Assembly: GCF_004010195.1 (NCBI RefSeq)
Contig: NC_057752.1
Span: forward strand, 11,255,160-11,319,159
DNA: 64,000 nucleotides
Direction: 5' to 3'
DNA from: Chiloscyllium plagiosum
Taxonomy: Eukaryota
In this document: positions 50,693-62,796 of the stretch, piece by piece
Numbering within the stretch: position 1 is the stretch's first letter
Layout of the letters: every line of letters starts with the position of its first letter
Position numbers and translations under genes: made by a program
Notes under the pieces: model-generated
Told to the model about the DNA's origin: nothing
Database searches by the model: none
What the model saw: the letters and a program-made list of their open reading frames with translations, nothing else

Positions 50693-51249
50693 ACTCACTT
50701 GCAGGTGTCCTTGTATTGGAGGTATGAAAGCCAGGAGGCTGTGACCCAATGGTCATTTCACTGTACAGAAGGTTGTTGAGAATACAGCTGTTCTTTAATA
50801 TATGTGACAAAGCTAGTGCAGATGTTATTGCCTCAGCAAGAGTGAATGTTAATGGAATTAGAATGCTGTATGACCTCTGAGTTGATGATCATCTTCTGCG
50901 AAGAGATGCTGAGGACACATCTAAGACAAAGATGAAAGCTGTTCAGCCTTTCCTGCTGTCTAGCATATGTGGTCCAGATCTCACCACTGTAGAAAATGCA
51001 CTGCAGACCTGAAAGTGTCTTTGAGTTATCCAAACTCTGTTCTGATTGACTTGGTGTTAAAACACATTCGTACTCGTGTTGAATAGTGAGTCATAAGGTG
51101 CCCTGTGTGCACTTTCTCACTTTCTCTGGAAGCTGGATGATTGTTCATCTGACTTGCATGTTGAAATTATCCTATGAAGTATTGGTTACTTTACATGTTC
51201 GTATGAAACTTCATATCAAACTTCGTATGAGCTGTTTTTTAAAGTAATA

Positions 51250-51873
51250 CAGGGGAATCTCGATTATCCGAACGAGATGGGTGGGTAATATTTCGTTTGG
51301 ATAATTGATTATTCGTTTAATTGATTCAGTGCCTTTCCTCTGGGGCTCAGAGTTTTCTATTAAGTCATGCTCCCCGTTCAGGAGACTAGCAGCAGCACAG
51401 TGCACGCGAGTCCTTGCCTGCCCCAGCCCCCACCCCCTCTCCCCAGGTCAGCCGGACTGGACACCAACAACAAGGCTGCTGCTGCTGCCTTTTGACGGGG
51501 TGAGTCTCCAAATAAGTGTGTGTGTATGCATTAAGTTTTTACTGTAACTTTTTGACAGGTTCCACCTCTGCCCTGTACAGGGCAATGTTAGAGAGATTAT
51601 CTGGAGGAGGGGGATTTAGGGTACACGCCTGAGTAGAACTCCAGGGAAAGTGTGGGAAGAGAGAGCGGGTGGGAGGTCAGTCATTTGGAGACTGTACCTG
51701 CACACCCCTCAGTCCAGGACTGTTCTCAGCAACACTTTTAATCACTGTATACAAAAAATGCAATCAGTGTTGAAGACACATTTTTGATGTAATAATTCTG
51801 TCGGGACCTTGAGATCGCCTTCGGATAATCCGATTTTTGGATAATTGGTATTCAGATAATCGAGGTTCCCATG
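51250..51873. mobile_element. pogo/Tigger-type non-autonomous DNA transposon, 624 bp
   Basis: TIRs CAGGGGAATCTCGATTATCCGAA and TTCAGATAATCGAGGTTCCCATG, TA on both sides; same TIR family as 49939-50083. Confidence 0.8.
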
Positions 51874-52484
51874 TAAATGGGGGAGTTTTAACATTTTGTA
51901 CTTTGATAAATGTAGGCAGGAAAAGGGCATCAGGCTCCAATCTTCACCCTATCTTTTGAATAATTGTTCATCCCATACACTGACCATCCCATTCTGTCTT
52001 ATCATTTTAAAACCAAAAGCAAAAAAACCACTAGAGAACTGCAGCTGTTTCAGAAGGTTTCACTCTGGCAAAACAAAATTTGTTGTGATGGCTTATCGAT
52101 GCTGCAAAGGTCCTGTTTGATGACTTAGTTACAAATAATTTACTTCCATCATTTGTACGCAATGATTACCTAATTTTTCAGGAATTCACTTGGTGTCTTT
52201 CTGAAAACATGTTTCCAGGCAAGCCTCCGAATCCTGTTACGCAGGTTTTTCCACTATCCAGAGTCACTCCTCCAGCTTACTAATTTTTACTGGTGACTCT
52301 TTCTTCTGCTTGATTCCATCAGCTTCAGTTTTGTGATGTTTGGGCTTTGTGATTTTGAAATAAAAACTCCATTGTTGAGTTCTTATGGGGGAAGCTGTGG
52401 GGTCCTAGATTTGCACCTTCCCATGATGAGCTCCGCTCCAGGTAGTGGTGACATTAAATACTATTCAAGATTAGGGGAGTAATT

Positions 52485-55430
52485 GTTGTCATTCACTCAT
52501 TGGCAGTCCCTTGCAGACAAAGATGACTTGCTTCCATTCTCTGGGGGAGTCCATGGATGGTTGTACAGACTGATGTGGCTTCTGCAGGTGCTGTTGCACC
52601 TGGGGCAGAAGTGGGAAGGAGTAGGTGGGGTGTTGGTGTGGCAGCAGGCTGTTCTTGCCTGACTTCTGTTTTTTCCTGATGGCAAGTGCTCAGCGCCTTG
52701 CCAGGTACTCCTCCTTTACTTTGGGCAGTCTTGGACCAGTGATCCCCAAATGTCTCTGGGAATTTTGCACTTCATCAGTGCAGCCTCGAGGGTATCACTG
52801 AAGTGTTTCCTCTGTCCACCTGGGGCATATCTACTGTTTCAAAGGTGGCAATAGAGCACCTACTTGGAGTCTTGTGTCAGTTGTGCAGATGACGTGCCAA
52901 GCCTATCATAACCGATCAATGGTGGTCAGTGCCTCTGATGGTGTTGGTCAAGAATGCTGGTGTTGGTGCATCTTTGTTCCCAGCCGAATCTTATGCAGGC
53001 AGCATTGGTGGTACTGCTCCAGACATTTGAGGTGTCGGCTGCAGACAGTCCATGTCTCAGCCATATAGGAGGGTGGGAACCATGAGCTATATACCATGAA
53101 CTTGGTGTCAATTCCGATGATATTCCCAAACACCTTTTCCCTCAAGTACCTGAAGGCTTCACTAGCACAATAGAGGCAGTGCTGGATCTCTTCATCAATA
53201 ATTGCTTTGGCTGACGGGACATTGCTGAGGTATTGGAGGTGGCCAGTATTCATCAAGGCCTCTCGTGGACTTTGATTATCAGGGGGTTCGCTCTGCAATG
53301 CCGTTGGTGGAGAGCCTTCATCAGGGTGAGACCCATGTTCTCATGTCTTTGTAAAGATGCTGACTATGTTCTGGAGTTTGTTCTCAGATTGCACGTACAC
53401 AAACATCACCTGCATACTGCCGCTTGATAACACTGGTTGGGGCGACTTTGGTTTTGGCTTGAATGTGGCAGATGTTGAATAATTTCGCACAGATTCTGTA
53501 GGTTAGCTCTACTCCAGTGGGGAGCTTGTTAACATTAAGGTGAAGCATTGTAGTAAGGTAGATAGAGAACAGTGTTGGGGCGATGACATAGCCTAGCTTG
53601 ACACCAGTCCAAATGGGGAATGGGTCAGTGGTGGAGCCATTTGTCATTTCCACAACTTCCATTTTGTCATGGAACAGGTGAAGGATGGGGACAAACTTTC
53701 TGGTGTAGCCAAAACTGAGAAGGGCGCTCCATAATACTTCGTGATCAACAGTGTCAAAGGCCTTTGTGAGGTTGAAGGCAGCCATGTATAGAGGTAGGTT
53801 CTTTTCTCTGCATTTCTCCTGCACCTGTCACGTGGTGAAAAGCATGTTGTGCCCCTCCATGGCCAAAAACCATACTGCGATTCCAGAAGGGGTTCTTCAG
53901 CTATAGGGAGGAGACTGTTGAGGAGTCCTTGGCGATGACTTTTCCAACGGTTGACAGCAGGGAGATTCCCCTGGAGTTACCACAGGTGGACTTGTTCCCT
54001 TTTTTTGAAAATATTCGTGACAGTGGCATCTTGGAGCTCTCCTGGGATGCTCTCCTCCTTTCAGATAAGGCAGACAAAGGCATGTAGCTGCACTGGGAGC
54101 TCAGTGCCTCCACACTTCGATGCCTCAGCAGGGACACTGTCTGCTCCAGCAGCCTTGTTGTTCTTGAACTGGCAGACGGCCTTCTCTACTACTTGTGGGG
54201 CTGGGGCATTGCTGAGCTCGTGGTGTGTAGTGTGTAGTATGCTGTGGGATACGGTCAAGGACACTCTGATCAACAATACAGTCCTGGTTATTGAAGTGCC
54301 CCCGCACATATCTTGTTTGTGGGCCATTCGTTGGACCTCCAGTGCTTTCTCCACCCATCACTTGTTCTTGCTCGTTTCTGGACCTCTGCCTTCGGCCGTC
54401 TGTAGGTCTGCCTTTACTCTTCCGCGTGTACTTGTTGTTTTACACTCTGAAATGCCATGGAGGTTTAACTGTTCATGGATCCCCCGATTTATTCTCATCA
54501 AACAGTCTTAATGTTTCCTTGTTGAATGACTGACTGGGTTTTTGCAGGTGTTGATGATGGCAGTCTGAAGAGTGGACCAGAGTCTGTTGAAATCCAGAGT
54601 CTGTGTCACCGAGGGTCACTAGGTTTGTGGAGAAGAGTTAGTTGTATGAGGCTATTTATCCTGACTCTTTACCTCTGCGGAGCTTTTTGCAGCGCTGCTT
54701 CCGTTTTCTCTGCTGTGGCGAGGCTATATTTATGTTTATCCTGGACCTGATCAGGCAGTGGTCTGTCCACCTGTCGTCAGGTCCTGTCATGGCTCTGACG
54801 ATGTAACCAAGGAGATGCCAGTGTTTTGGAGTTGTCTTGTATTTGTCTCTTTGGTGGAAGTCTGTTGGTGATGAGGTTGTGTTCAAGGTATTTGGTCAGA
54901 AGAAGGGTGCTGTTGGAGTTTTGCTTCCTTACTCCCTCTTTCCTGATTTACATTGCCTCAAAGGTCTGCACTTTTGCCAACTATGGCTTTGAAATCACTG
55001 AGGAGGCTTAGTTTGTTCACTGCAGGGACCTGAGAGAGATTGGTCAAGGCTGGAGTAGATTTTCTCCTTGTCCTCCACTGCTGCATTGAGCATTAGTGCA
55101 TATGCACGGAATACCGTGACATACTGGTTCTGAACAAGACCCCAATTTCCCCTCAGACGTGGTTGACGATGCTCTCCACCGCATCTCCTCCACTTCCCGC
55201 TCCTCTGCCCTTGAACCCCGCCCCTCCAATCGCCACCAGGACAGAACCCCACTGGTCCTACAGGGGGAGTCTTTGAGTTGGTTGGTTTGTTTTTGATGGC
55301 AAAGCAGAGTTCATGAATGTGGCACTTTTCTTTGGCCTTGCCTTTCCAGAGAAAGGTATAGACACCTTGCTCTTTGCACTGTCCTTTCCCTTACCTGCTG
55401 GCTTGTACTCAGTTCGGTGATGTCCGTATA
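52485..55430 (-). mobile_element. RTE-clade LINE, about 2.9 kb, degenerate, with a PLE fragment inserted at about 55133-55258
   Basis: ORFs read QEKCREKNLPLYMAAFNLTKAFDTV, GVKLGYVIAPTLFSIY, NNKAAGADSVPAE, GNSRGISLLSTVGKV and WTDHCLI. The insert reads FPSDVVDDALHRISSTSRSSAL...QDRTPLVL. Confidence 0.88.
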
Positions 55431-56484
55431 GTATTAACTGTTGTACAAGTCATGCGTAAACCATTTTGTTTTATAATAGGCTAAATATGACATGCACCTT
55501 GAATAAGAGTTTGTTATTTTTTCCTTTTTAAATGAGGGGTGAATATTCCTTTAGAAGAGTTTACTTTCATATAGGATGTTTTAATTTAGAAAATGTCTCG
55601 GGGGTTTTTTTTTTGTTACAAAATAGAATACGAGTAGTTCAATTTTGAGTTAAAAGTGACAAAATGTTTTTAAGTCTTCAAAAGTGGAAAAGCATGGTGG
55701 TTTTGGCAGCAAATATCAGAGACTCTGGGCCCATTCTTGTTTTTTTTAATCCCATGTTTGCCTTAATTGGTTTTGCACAGGGTCAAGCAGAAAAGACAAA
55801 GCAAATTGAACTTGCAGTTAAAAACCGAAATATAGATGTAAAATATTGCTATTCCAGTACTCTCACTCAGCCTCTTAAAATGAGTCTCTCATCCTGGAGC
55901 ATATTAATTTTGCTTACAAAGTAATTCTGAAACTATAAAATATAACCTCGCCAAAACAAAAAGCTTATTAAAACTACAGCATAATTGCAGGTAAGTAGAA
56001 CTATTCTCCAAAGAATGTACTGCTTTATTGAGATTTCTGTAAACTCCACATTAAAAGCAGCCAGTTGGAAAATATTTGTGTACAGTCCATTGAGTTGCTA
56101 AATTATTAAGCCTATTTAAATTACCTGAGTGATTCTTGTTGGCTGCAGCCTGCTGTAGCAGGGTGCTGAGTGTTTGAAATCAAAACATCAGAGACATTTC
56201 TTCACTGCAACAGGTTATTCTATGCAATGGTAAGTGACCAACATGGGTGCTATTTACAATCAGTTGAATTTTTAGATCTGAACAATGCTATAGCCTAGAG
56301 AAACATTTGATGGTAGTCATTGGAATTTAGAAGGAAGCTATTTTGTCATTATGCCCGTGGCTGCTGCTTGTTTGAAGCTGCCCATTCTTGTTTGTAATCA
56401 ATTGGATATTCGGAGCAATGTGCAAATTCTCAATTTTGCCACTGAGTACTGTATACTGTACTACATAACTGATGACTAGAAGAC

Positions 56485-57720
56485 CGTAAGACATAGGAAC
56501 AGAGATTAGGCCATTCAGCTCATCGTCTGCTCTGCCATTCAATCATGGCTGATAAGTTTCTCAACTCCATCAATCAAGATAATCAAGAACCTATCTATCT
56601 CCATCTTAAATATACTCAATGACCTGCCCTCCACAGCCTTCTGTGGCAATGAATTCACCACTCTGGCTAAAGACATGTCTCCTTCTCTCTGTTCTAAAAT
56701 GTCTGTAGTGATGTAGACTCAATCCATCAGAATGTTTATGAAATTGGGCATGTTGTTTGGAATTTGAGGTGCCTTGGGTGGGAATGTCATCGAATGACTA
56801 AATTGTTATGCCATGTGGTTGAAGGGTTCTCTCTCTCCCTTCTCTTCTCTCTTTCCCCCCCCCCCCCCCCCATTCCAGATGCAGCTCTCCATCTCAGTAC
56901 TGTCCTCATGACCTGTCCTACCTGTTCATCTTCCTCCCCACCTATCTGCTCCACCCTCCCCACTGACCTATCACAATTATCCTTGACCTGCATCCACTTA
57001 TCACCTTCCCAGCTACCTGCTGCGTCCCCACCCCATATTTATCTTAACCCCCTTTTCCCACCACCTTCCTGATGAAGGGCTTATGCCCGAAACATTGACA
57101 CTCCTCCTTGATCCTTGAATACCTGTGTTTTTCCAGTGTCACACTTTTGACTCTGACTCTCCAGCATCTGCAGTCCTCACTTTCTCCTGGGTGGGAGGTG
57201 TGCTGATAGAAGGATGCTTCAGTGTGATTTGGACAAGTTGAGTAAATGGGCAAATGTATGGCAGATGCAGTATAATGTGGATCAATGAGGTTATCTACTT
57301 TAGTAGGTAGGTGGGTGGGGGGGGGGGGCGAGGGAGGGATGCGGGTGGAATCTTGTAGAAATGTTTAAAATCTTGACAGGACTGGACAGGGTAAACACAG
57401 GAAGGATGTTCCTAGTGACCACGGAGTCCAACACCAAGGATCACTGTCTTAAGGATATGGGGTCATTTAAACTGAGATGAGGAGAAATGTCTTTACCCAG
57501 AGTTTGGTCAGCTTGTGGAATTCTCTGCTACAGAAAGCAGTTGAAGCTAAAATACTGAATATTTTCAAGAAGGATTTAGATAGAGTCCTTAGGGCTAAAG
57601 GGATCAAAGGATATGTGTGAGAAAGTGGGAACGGAGTTCTTATTTTAATGATCACGTGTAATCATTTGAATGGTGGAACAAGCTAGAAGAGCCAAATGGT
57701 CAACTCTTATTTTCCGCATT
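56485..57720. mobile_element. CR1 fragments (- 56485-56700, + 57220-57720) around a PLE terminal repeat (+, about 56870-57188)
   Basis: CR1 tails; PLE repeat with CTGATGA 57069-57075 and GAAAC 57089-57093. Confidence 0.75.
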
Positions 57721-59840
57721 TCTATGGAGAATAATGAGTTCTTATTTACAATGAGAGAATTTTTAGCAAACAATTGTGCATTAGACTCCAGTTCACATGG
57801 TCAGGGGCATTTTTTTCCTTTTGATAAGGGAAGATTTTTTGGTTTCAGTTTGAGCAGTTCTACGGTTTTTTTGGCTGAAGCAGAATATGTTGAGAGAGAG
57901 ATGACAGTTTAAACCTTTTTAAAATAGATTATTTCAATGTAAGGAGTTTGGTGAAAGTTCCAGAGCAGAAGGGTTTGGTTAAAACCTGAAAGGGTTACTT
58001 GAAGCTGAGAAAACTTAATGTCAAGTTTATGAAGGCACTAGAAAGAAACTGAGATTCTCAACACTGGGAGTTGAAGCCATAATTAAATTAAGCTGTATAG
58101 GAATAATAGAAAAGGGATTTTTGTCCCAGTAAGCATATTGTCAAGAGTGCTTTTGGGATTAATGGGATTGCATTTTTGCTGTCGTTTTGAAGTCTTTAAA
58201 AACTGTTATATGTAAATACTTTGAGTTGTTCTATTTTAATTTTAATTTCTTTTACGTGGACGTCTGTTTTATTATTAAAATTAAATCTGCAACTTTGTGA
58301 GAGACCAAATCATCAAGAGCAAATCCACAATATGATCTGTCAAGCCAAGTTTCAGTCTGGGATCTGATTTGTCCAATAATCACATTTGCTGGATCATAAC
58401 AGCAGAGACTATAATTGAATTTGATTGGATGTATTTATAGAGGAGGAGAAAGAATTGAGGAATGTGGTCAGTAGGTAGCATTGATCTCTCTTCCCATTAA
58501 TAAAATCTGTTAGCTGTTTTTGACATTTTTTCTTTATGAAATGTGGCATTGCTAGTTAAGTTAGCAATTATTGTCCATTCAGAATTGCTGTGATGAATGT
58601 GGTGGTGTGCTGCCGCTTTCAGCCCCTGCAGTCGCAGGTGTTGGTACACATTGCTGCAGAGGCCTGTGAAGGTCAAGTCATTGAGTCTCTTCAAGATTAG
58701 TAAGGGGATCAAGGGTTATGGAGGGAAGGCAGAGGAATGGAGTTGAGAAAGATGTCAGCCAGACTCGAAGGGTTGAACAACCTAATTCTGCTCCGATATT
58801 TTAGGGTCTCGGGGAACATCCACAGTAACGTTTGGGATTTCCAGAACTTTGACCCAGAGATACTGAAGGAGCTACAATCTATTTTCAAATCAGGATGTTA
58901 TATGGCTTGGAGGGAGATTTGCAACTGCTTTCTTGCATTTTTATCCCTTGTCCTTCAAGTTTATAGAGGTCACTGGTTTGGAAGGTGGCGGATTGGAAAG
59001 TTCCTCTGGTGCATTTTTGTAGATGATACACACTTCTCCAATCTTTCATCGGGCATTTGGGTGTCCCTCAAGCAAGCTGTTTTGTCTTGGATTGTGTTAA
59101 GTTTCCCAAGTGGTGTTGGAGCCACACTCAGTTAGTCACAAAGAGAATACGCATTCATGACTTGTGCCTTGTAGATGTTGGATAGGCCTTGGTGGGGGGC
59201 ACAGATGAATTATTTACCATAGAATGTTATTGTAGCCACAGTATTTATGCAAGTTAATGTAAATGGGCAATGGTTGGCTATTCTCTTATTGGAGATAATC
59301 ATTGCTCGGCACTTGTGTGGTGCAACCACACTTGTGCCATGCATCAGTCAGAGACTGGATGCTATCTATGTGGTGTTGCATTTTGGATGCAGGTCTGATC
59401 TGCTGGAAGAACTTAGCTTTCAGCTGACTTCCAGTGCTTTAGAGCTGGATAAGGGAGCAATCTGCCAGTAATTCTGACTTGCTAAGTATATGATGCTTAC
59501 TAGAAGTAGATATGGAAGGACGAGGTTAGCCTTCGTTCCTGAATTCCCAAGTGGAATAGCTTGCTGGTGTTCACTTATGAAGAATGGCGACTTGTGCTGG
59601 AGTCATCTGTGTAATTATAATCTAGAAAATGTTGAAGACCTTCCTTTCGTGAAAGGCAAAGAAATGGGGAGTTGGGGGGAGAAAAAAGACCAGGATGCCA
59701 TAACCCCCTCAAATTGCATTAAATACTGTAGGAATGATTTTAACAAATGAGATGGGTCGGGGGAAAACAACTCTAGTGGAAGTTGGGATCGCATTTTTAG
59801 CCCTTGTGTGAATGCTTTATCTTTGTGCATGAAATTGATA

Positions 59841-60166
59841 GAATCGTAGAATCCCCAGATTGTCTGAAGAGGCCATTCGGCTCATCAGGTTAACATTGAG
59901 CCGACAAAGGGTATCTCTTCCAAGACCCAGCCCCCAACCTATCCCCACTTAACCTGTATATTCCTGCACATTATGGGCAATATAGCATAGCCCCATCCAC
60001 CTATCCTGCATATCTTTGGACTGTGGGATGAAACCGGAGCACCTGGAGGAAACCCGCGCAGACATGGGGAGAATGTGGAGTTTGTATGCAGAAAGTCACC
60101 CGAGGCTGGAATCGAACCCAGCTCACCTAGAGCTGTGAGGCATCAGTGCTAACCATTCTGCCACCT
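59841..60166 (-). mobile_element. tRNA-derived SINE (HE1-like)
   Basis: Reverse complement reads ggtggcagaatggttagcactgatgcctcacagc...gggttcgattcc (B-box)...cccacagtccaaagatatgcagg. Confidence 0.88.
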
Positions 60167-62404
60167 GCAAAATAATAGTTTAATTGAGTTTCAATGAGCA
60201 CTCCTGGGTCAGGTCGGTGCAAGAGTTCCTACTGTTTTATCTTGCCATATGCCTTATTCCCATCCTCCCAAAAAGCATTCACTACCTGCACCAGTGTAAC
60301 ATTTTGTACACTCGCTATCCTATACACTGAGTAAATCTGCTAATTCAATACTTTGGAAAACGTTTGTCCTGCTATTCCTGGATTCATCCCCAGAATGAAA
60401 GACGATAAGTGCACAAAATTCCCCAATTTCTGATTTTCAGACCCAGGTTGGTTGATAGTACGGACTAGGTTTCTGTGTTTAGTAGGAGTTGCTATTTGTT
60501 ATAAGTAATTAGTCTCTAGCTGCAGGTCAACAGGTATTAAATATTGTCATAACTCTATTTAAAACACACACGTATGCACACGCACTCTTGAGTGGTGCCC
60601 GCTGATCGAAATGTTTCTTTGACTCCCCTTTTCTGAATGCTTTCACTGATTTGCAAGAGGTGTCGGGTGGCTAGCTCACTTGTAAAAAGTCTCTGATTTA
60701 TTATTAAAGATCAGTGTATAGTAACTGCTGAAGGTCAGATTAACTAAATTCTTTCAGGTTTAAAGTGAGTTTCCTTGCAGAGAAGGAGAAGCTGCCTGCG
60801 TTGGTGGAACTCAACCCTTCTCTGTGACTTGTTCCCTGCTCCAAACTGTCCAGTCACACGGGAAACAGTCGTCTCTCAATTGTTGGCAAGCAAAAGACCC
60901 TTGTCATCAGTAGCTGTCACCAGACCATAGACCAATCAGCAACTTGATGCCAGCCAGTGCTTTATCTGAATGCAGAAACCCTTAGCACCTGTTTGTCTGT
61001 AACCACTTCGATTGTTGTTTATTCAAACTGCTAGTTATGCTTACCATGGGTGTCTAGTAACTTGCTTTCAAACCATGCAGCCATCCTTCTAAAACTAAGG
61101 TTTTAAAACAATCATTCATGGATTCATGGTCATCAGTAGACTCTTAATTCCAGATCTTTGTTGAATTCAAATTCCAACATCTGCCGTGGCAGGATTTGCA
61201 CCCACGTCCCCAGAACATTACCTGGGTCTCTGGATTAACAGTCCAGCGATAATACCACCAGGCCATCTCCTCCCCTAAAATGTTACACCAAATCATTCAG
61301 TTGGGTTCCAGTGTACACTGGAATTGTACACTGTGCATTGAATTTAGCACAATATTTATAAATATGTTTCTAACATTAATTTTTTAAAAATGCTAATCTA
61401 GCTTGCTGCATTTATCGAGTCAGGTTAATACTCAACTAATGTACATCATTGCATAAACATCTCATTTCATTTTGAGAAGGGTGTTATGGGGAGAGGTTCA
61501 GGAGTGGGGAAGGGAATATAAACCTTTAATCAATCTATATTAAAATATGCCAGCAAGAAGGTGTCCACACCAGGCCAGTGTCATGTCCCAATATATGAAG
61601 TAATGAAAAGGGAGGCCAGCAATTGTTGTTAAGAGCGAGCCTGGGCATCCATAAGAGAACCTGGCTTCACTTTTCTCTCCACAGATGCTGCCGGATCTGC
61701 TGAGCTTTTCTAGAAATTTTTGTTTTTGACTTCACTTGTTTGTTGGCAGACACAATGTACAAGATGGGTGTAAGAAAGTTCCCCATTAAATTGAAACCAC
61801 CAACTGTAGTTAATGAGAAACTAAGGCGGGGTTTTCTTTAGAGAAGAAAATGTTGGAGAGGAAATTATTTTTAGAGGTCAAGGCAAAATAGATACTTTTT
61901 GAAACCAGACCTAGGACACCTTGAAAAGTGCAAAAGACAGAAAAGTTTACTGAGGAGCCACAACCTTTAATTACACTTGACGGTATGCACACAAACACAA
62001 AAAGTGGACAACTGTTAATGTTATGTGCTTTGCAATTTGCGTAACCTGATGGATATAGGTGGGATTTCTATTAAAATCCTGAGGGGATTTGACCAGGTGA
62101 ATGCTGAAAGATGTTTCTCCTTCTGGGAGAGACTAGAACAGAAGGATATGGTTCAAAATCTGAATTCAATTTTAATACCCAGATCAGGGATTGTATCGTC
62201 ATACATTTGGAATTCTCTCCCCAGTGTCTGATGGAGGCAGGCTCATTGAATATTTTTAAGGCAGAGGTAGACTGGCTCTCCGGTCAGCCAATTTTGGGGG
62301 TAGGCCAGGATATAGAATTGAGGTAAAGGTCAAATCAACCATGATCTTATTGAACAGTGGAGCAGGTTTGAGCATCTAAATGACCTATTCCTGCTGCTTA
62401 TTTG

Positions 62405-62757
62405 GACGATGTGGAGGTGCAGGTGTTGGACTGGTGTGGACAAGTTTAAAAATTTCACAACACCAGGTTATAGTCCAACGGGTATATTTGGAAACACTAG
62501 CTTTGAGCGCTGCTTCTTCATCAGGTAACTGTGGAGCCGGATCATAAGACACAGAATTTATAGCGAAAGATCACTGTGTCATGCAACTGATATGATATAT
62601 CGAACAAACCATTTCTGTTGCATGACACAGATTTTTTGCTATAAATTGTCTTGTGATCTGGCTCCACAGCTACCTGACAGTGGAGTAGCACTCCGAAAGC
62701 TAGTGCTTCCAAATAAACCAGTTGGACTATAACCTGGTGTTGTGTGATTGTTAACTT
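62405..62757. mobile_element. Fold-back PLE terminal-repeat cassette (same family as 43218)
   Basis: Inverted arms at about 62445-62588 and 62615-62757; short direct repeat cttatttg at 62397-62404 and 62755-62762. Confidence 0.8.
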
Positions 62758-62796
62758 ATTTGTATTCAAAGCTTGTGAGATTTGTAGCTCGGGTGC

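Noticed and set aside
57308..57348. G-run with G-quadruplex potential
   Set aside because: Simple poly-G tract inside a decayed CR1; no sign of function.
57750..58401. Possible solo LTR (also 1190-1297 and about 46927-47460)
   Set aside because: Ends look LTR-like, but I could not define paired termini or TSDs.
59841..60166. tRNA gene
   Set aside because: A/B-box head continues into a SINE body and LINE-like tail; no full cloverleaf.
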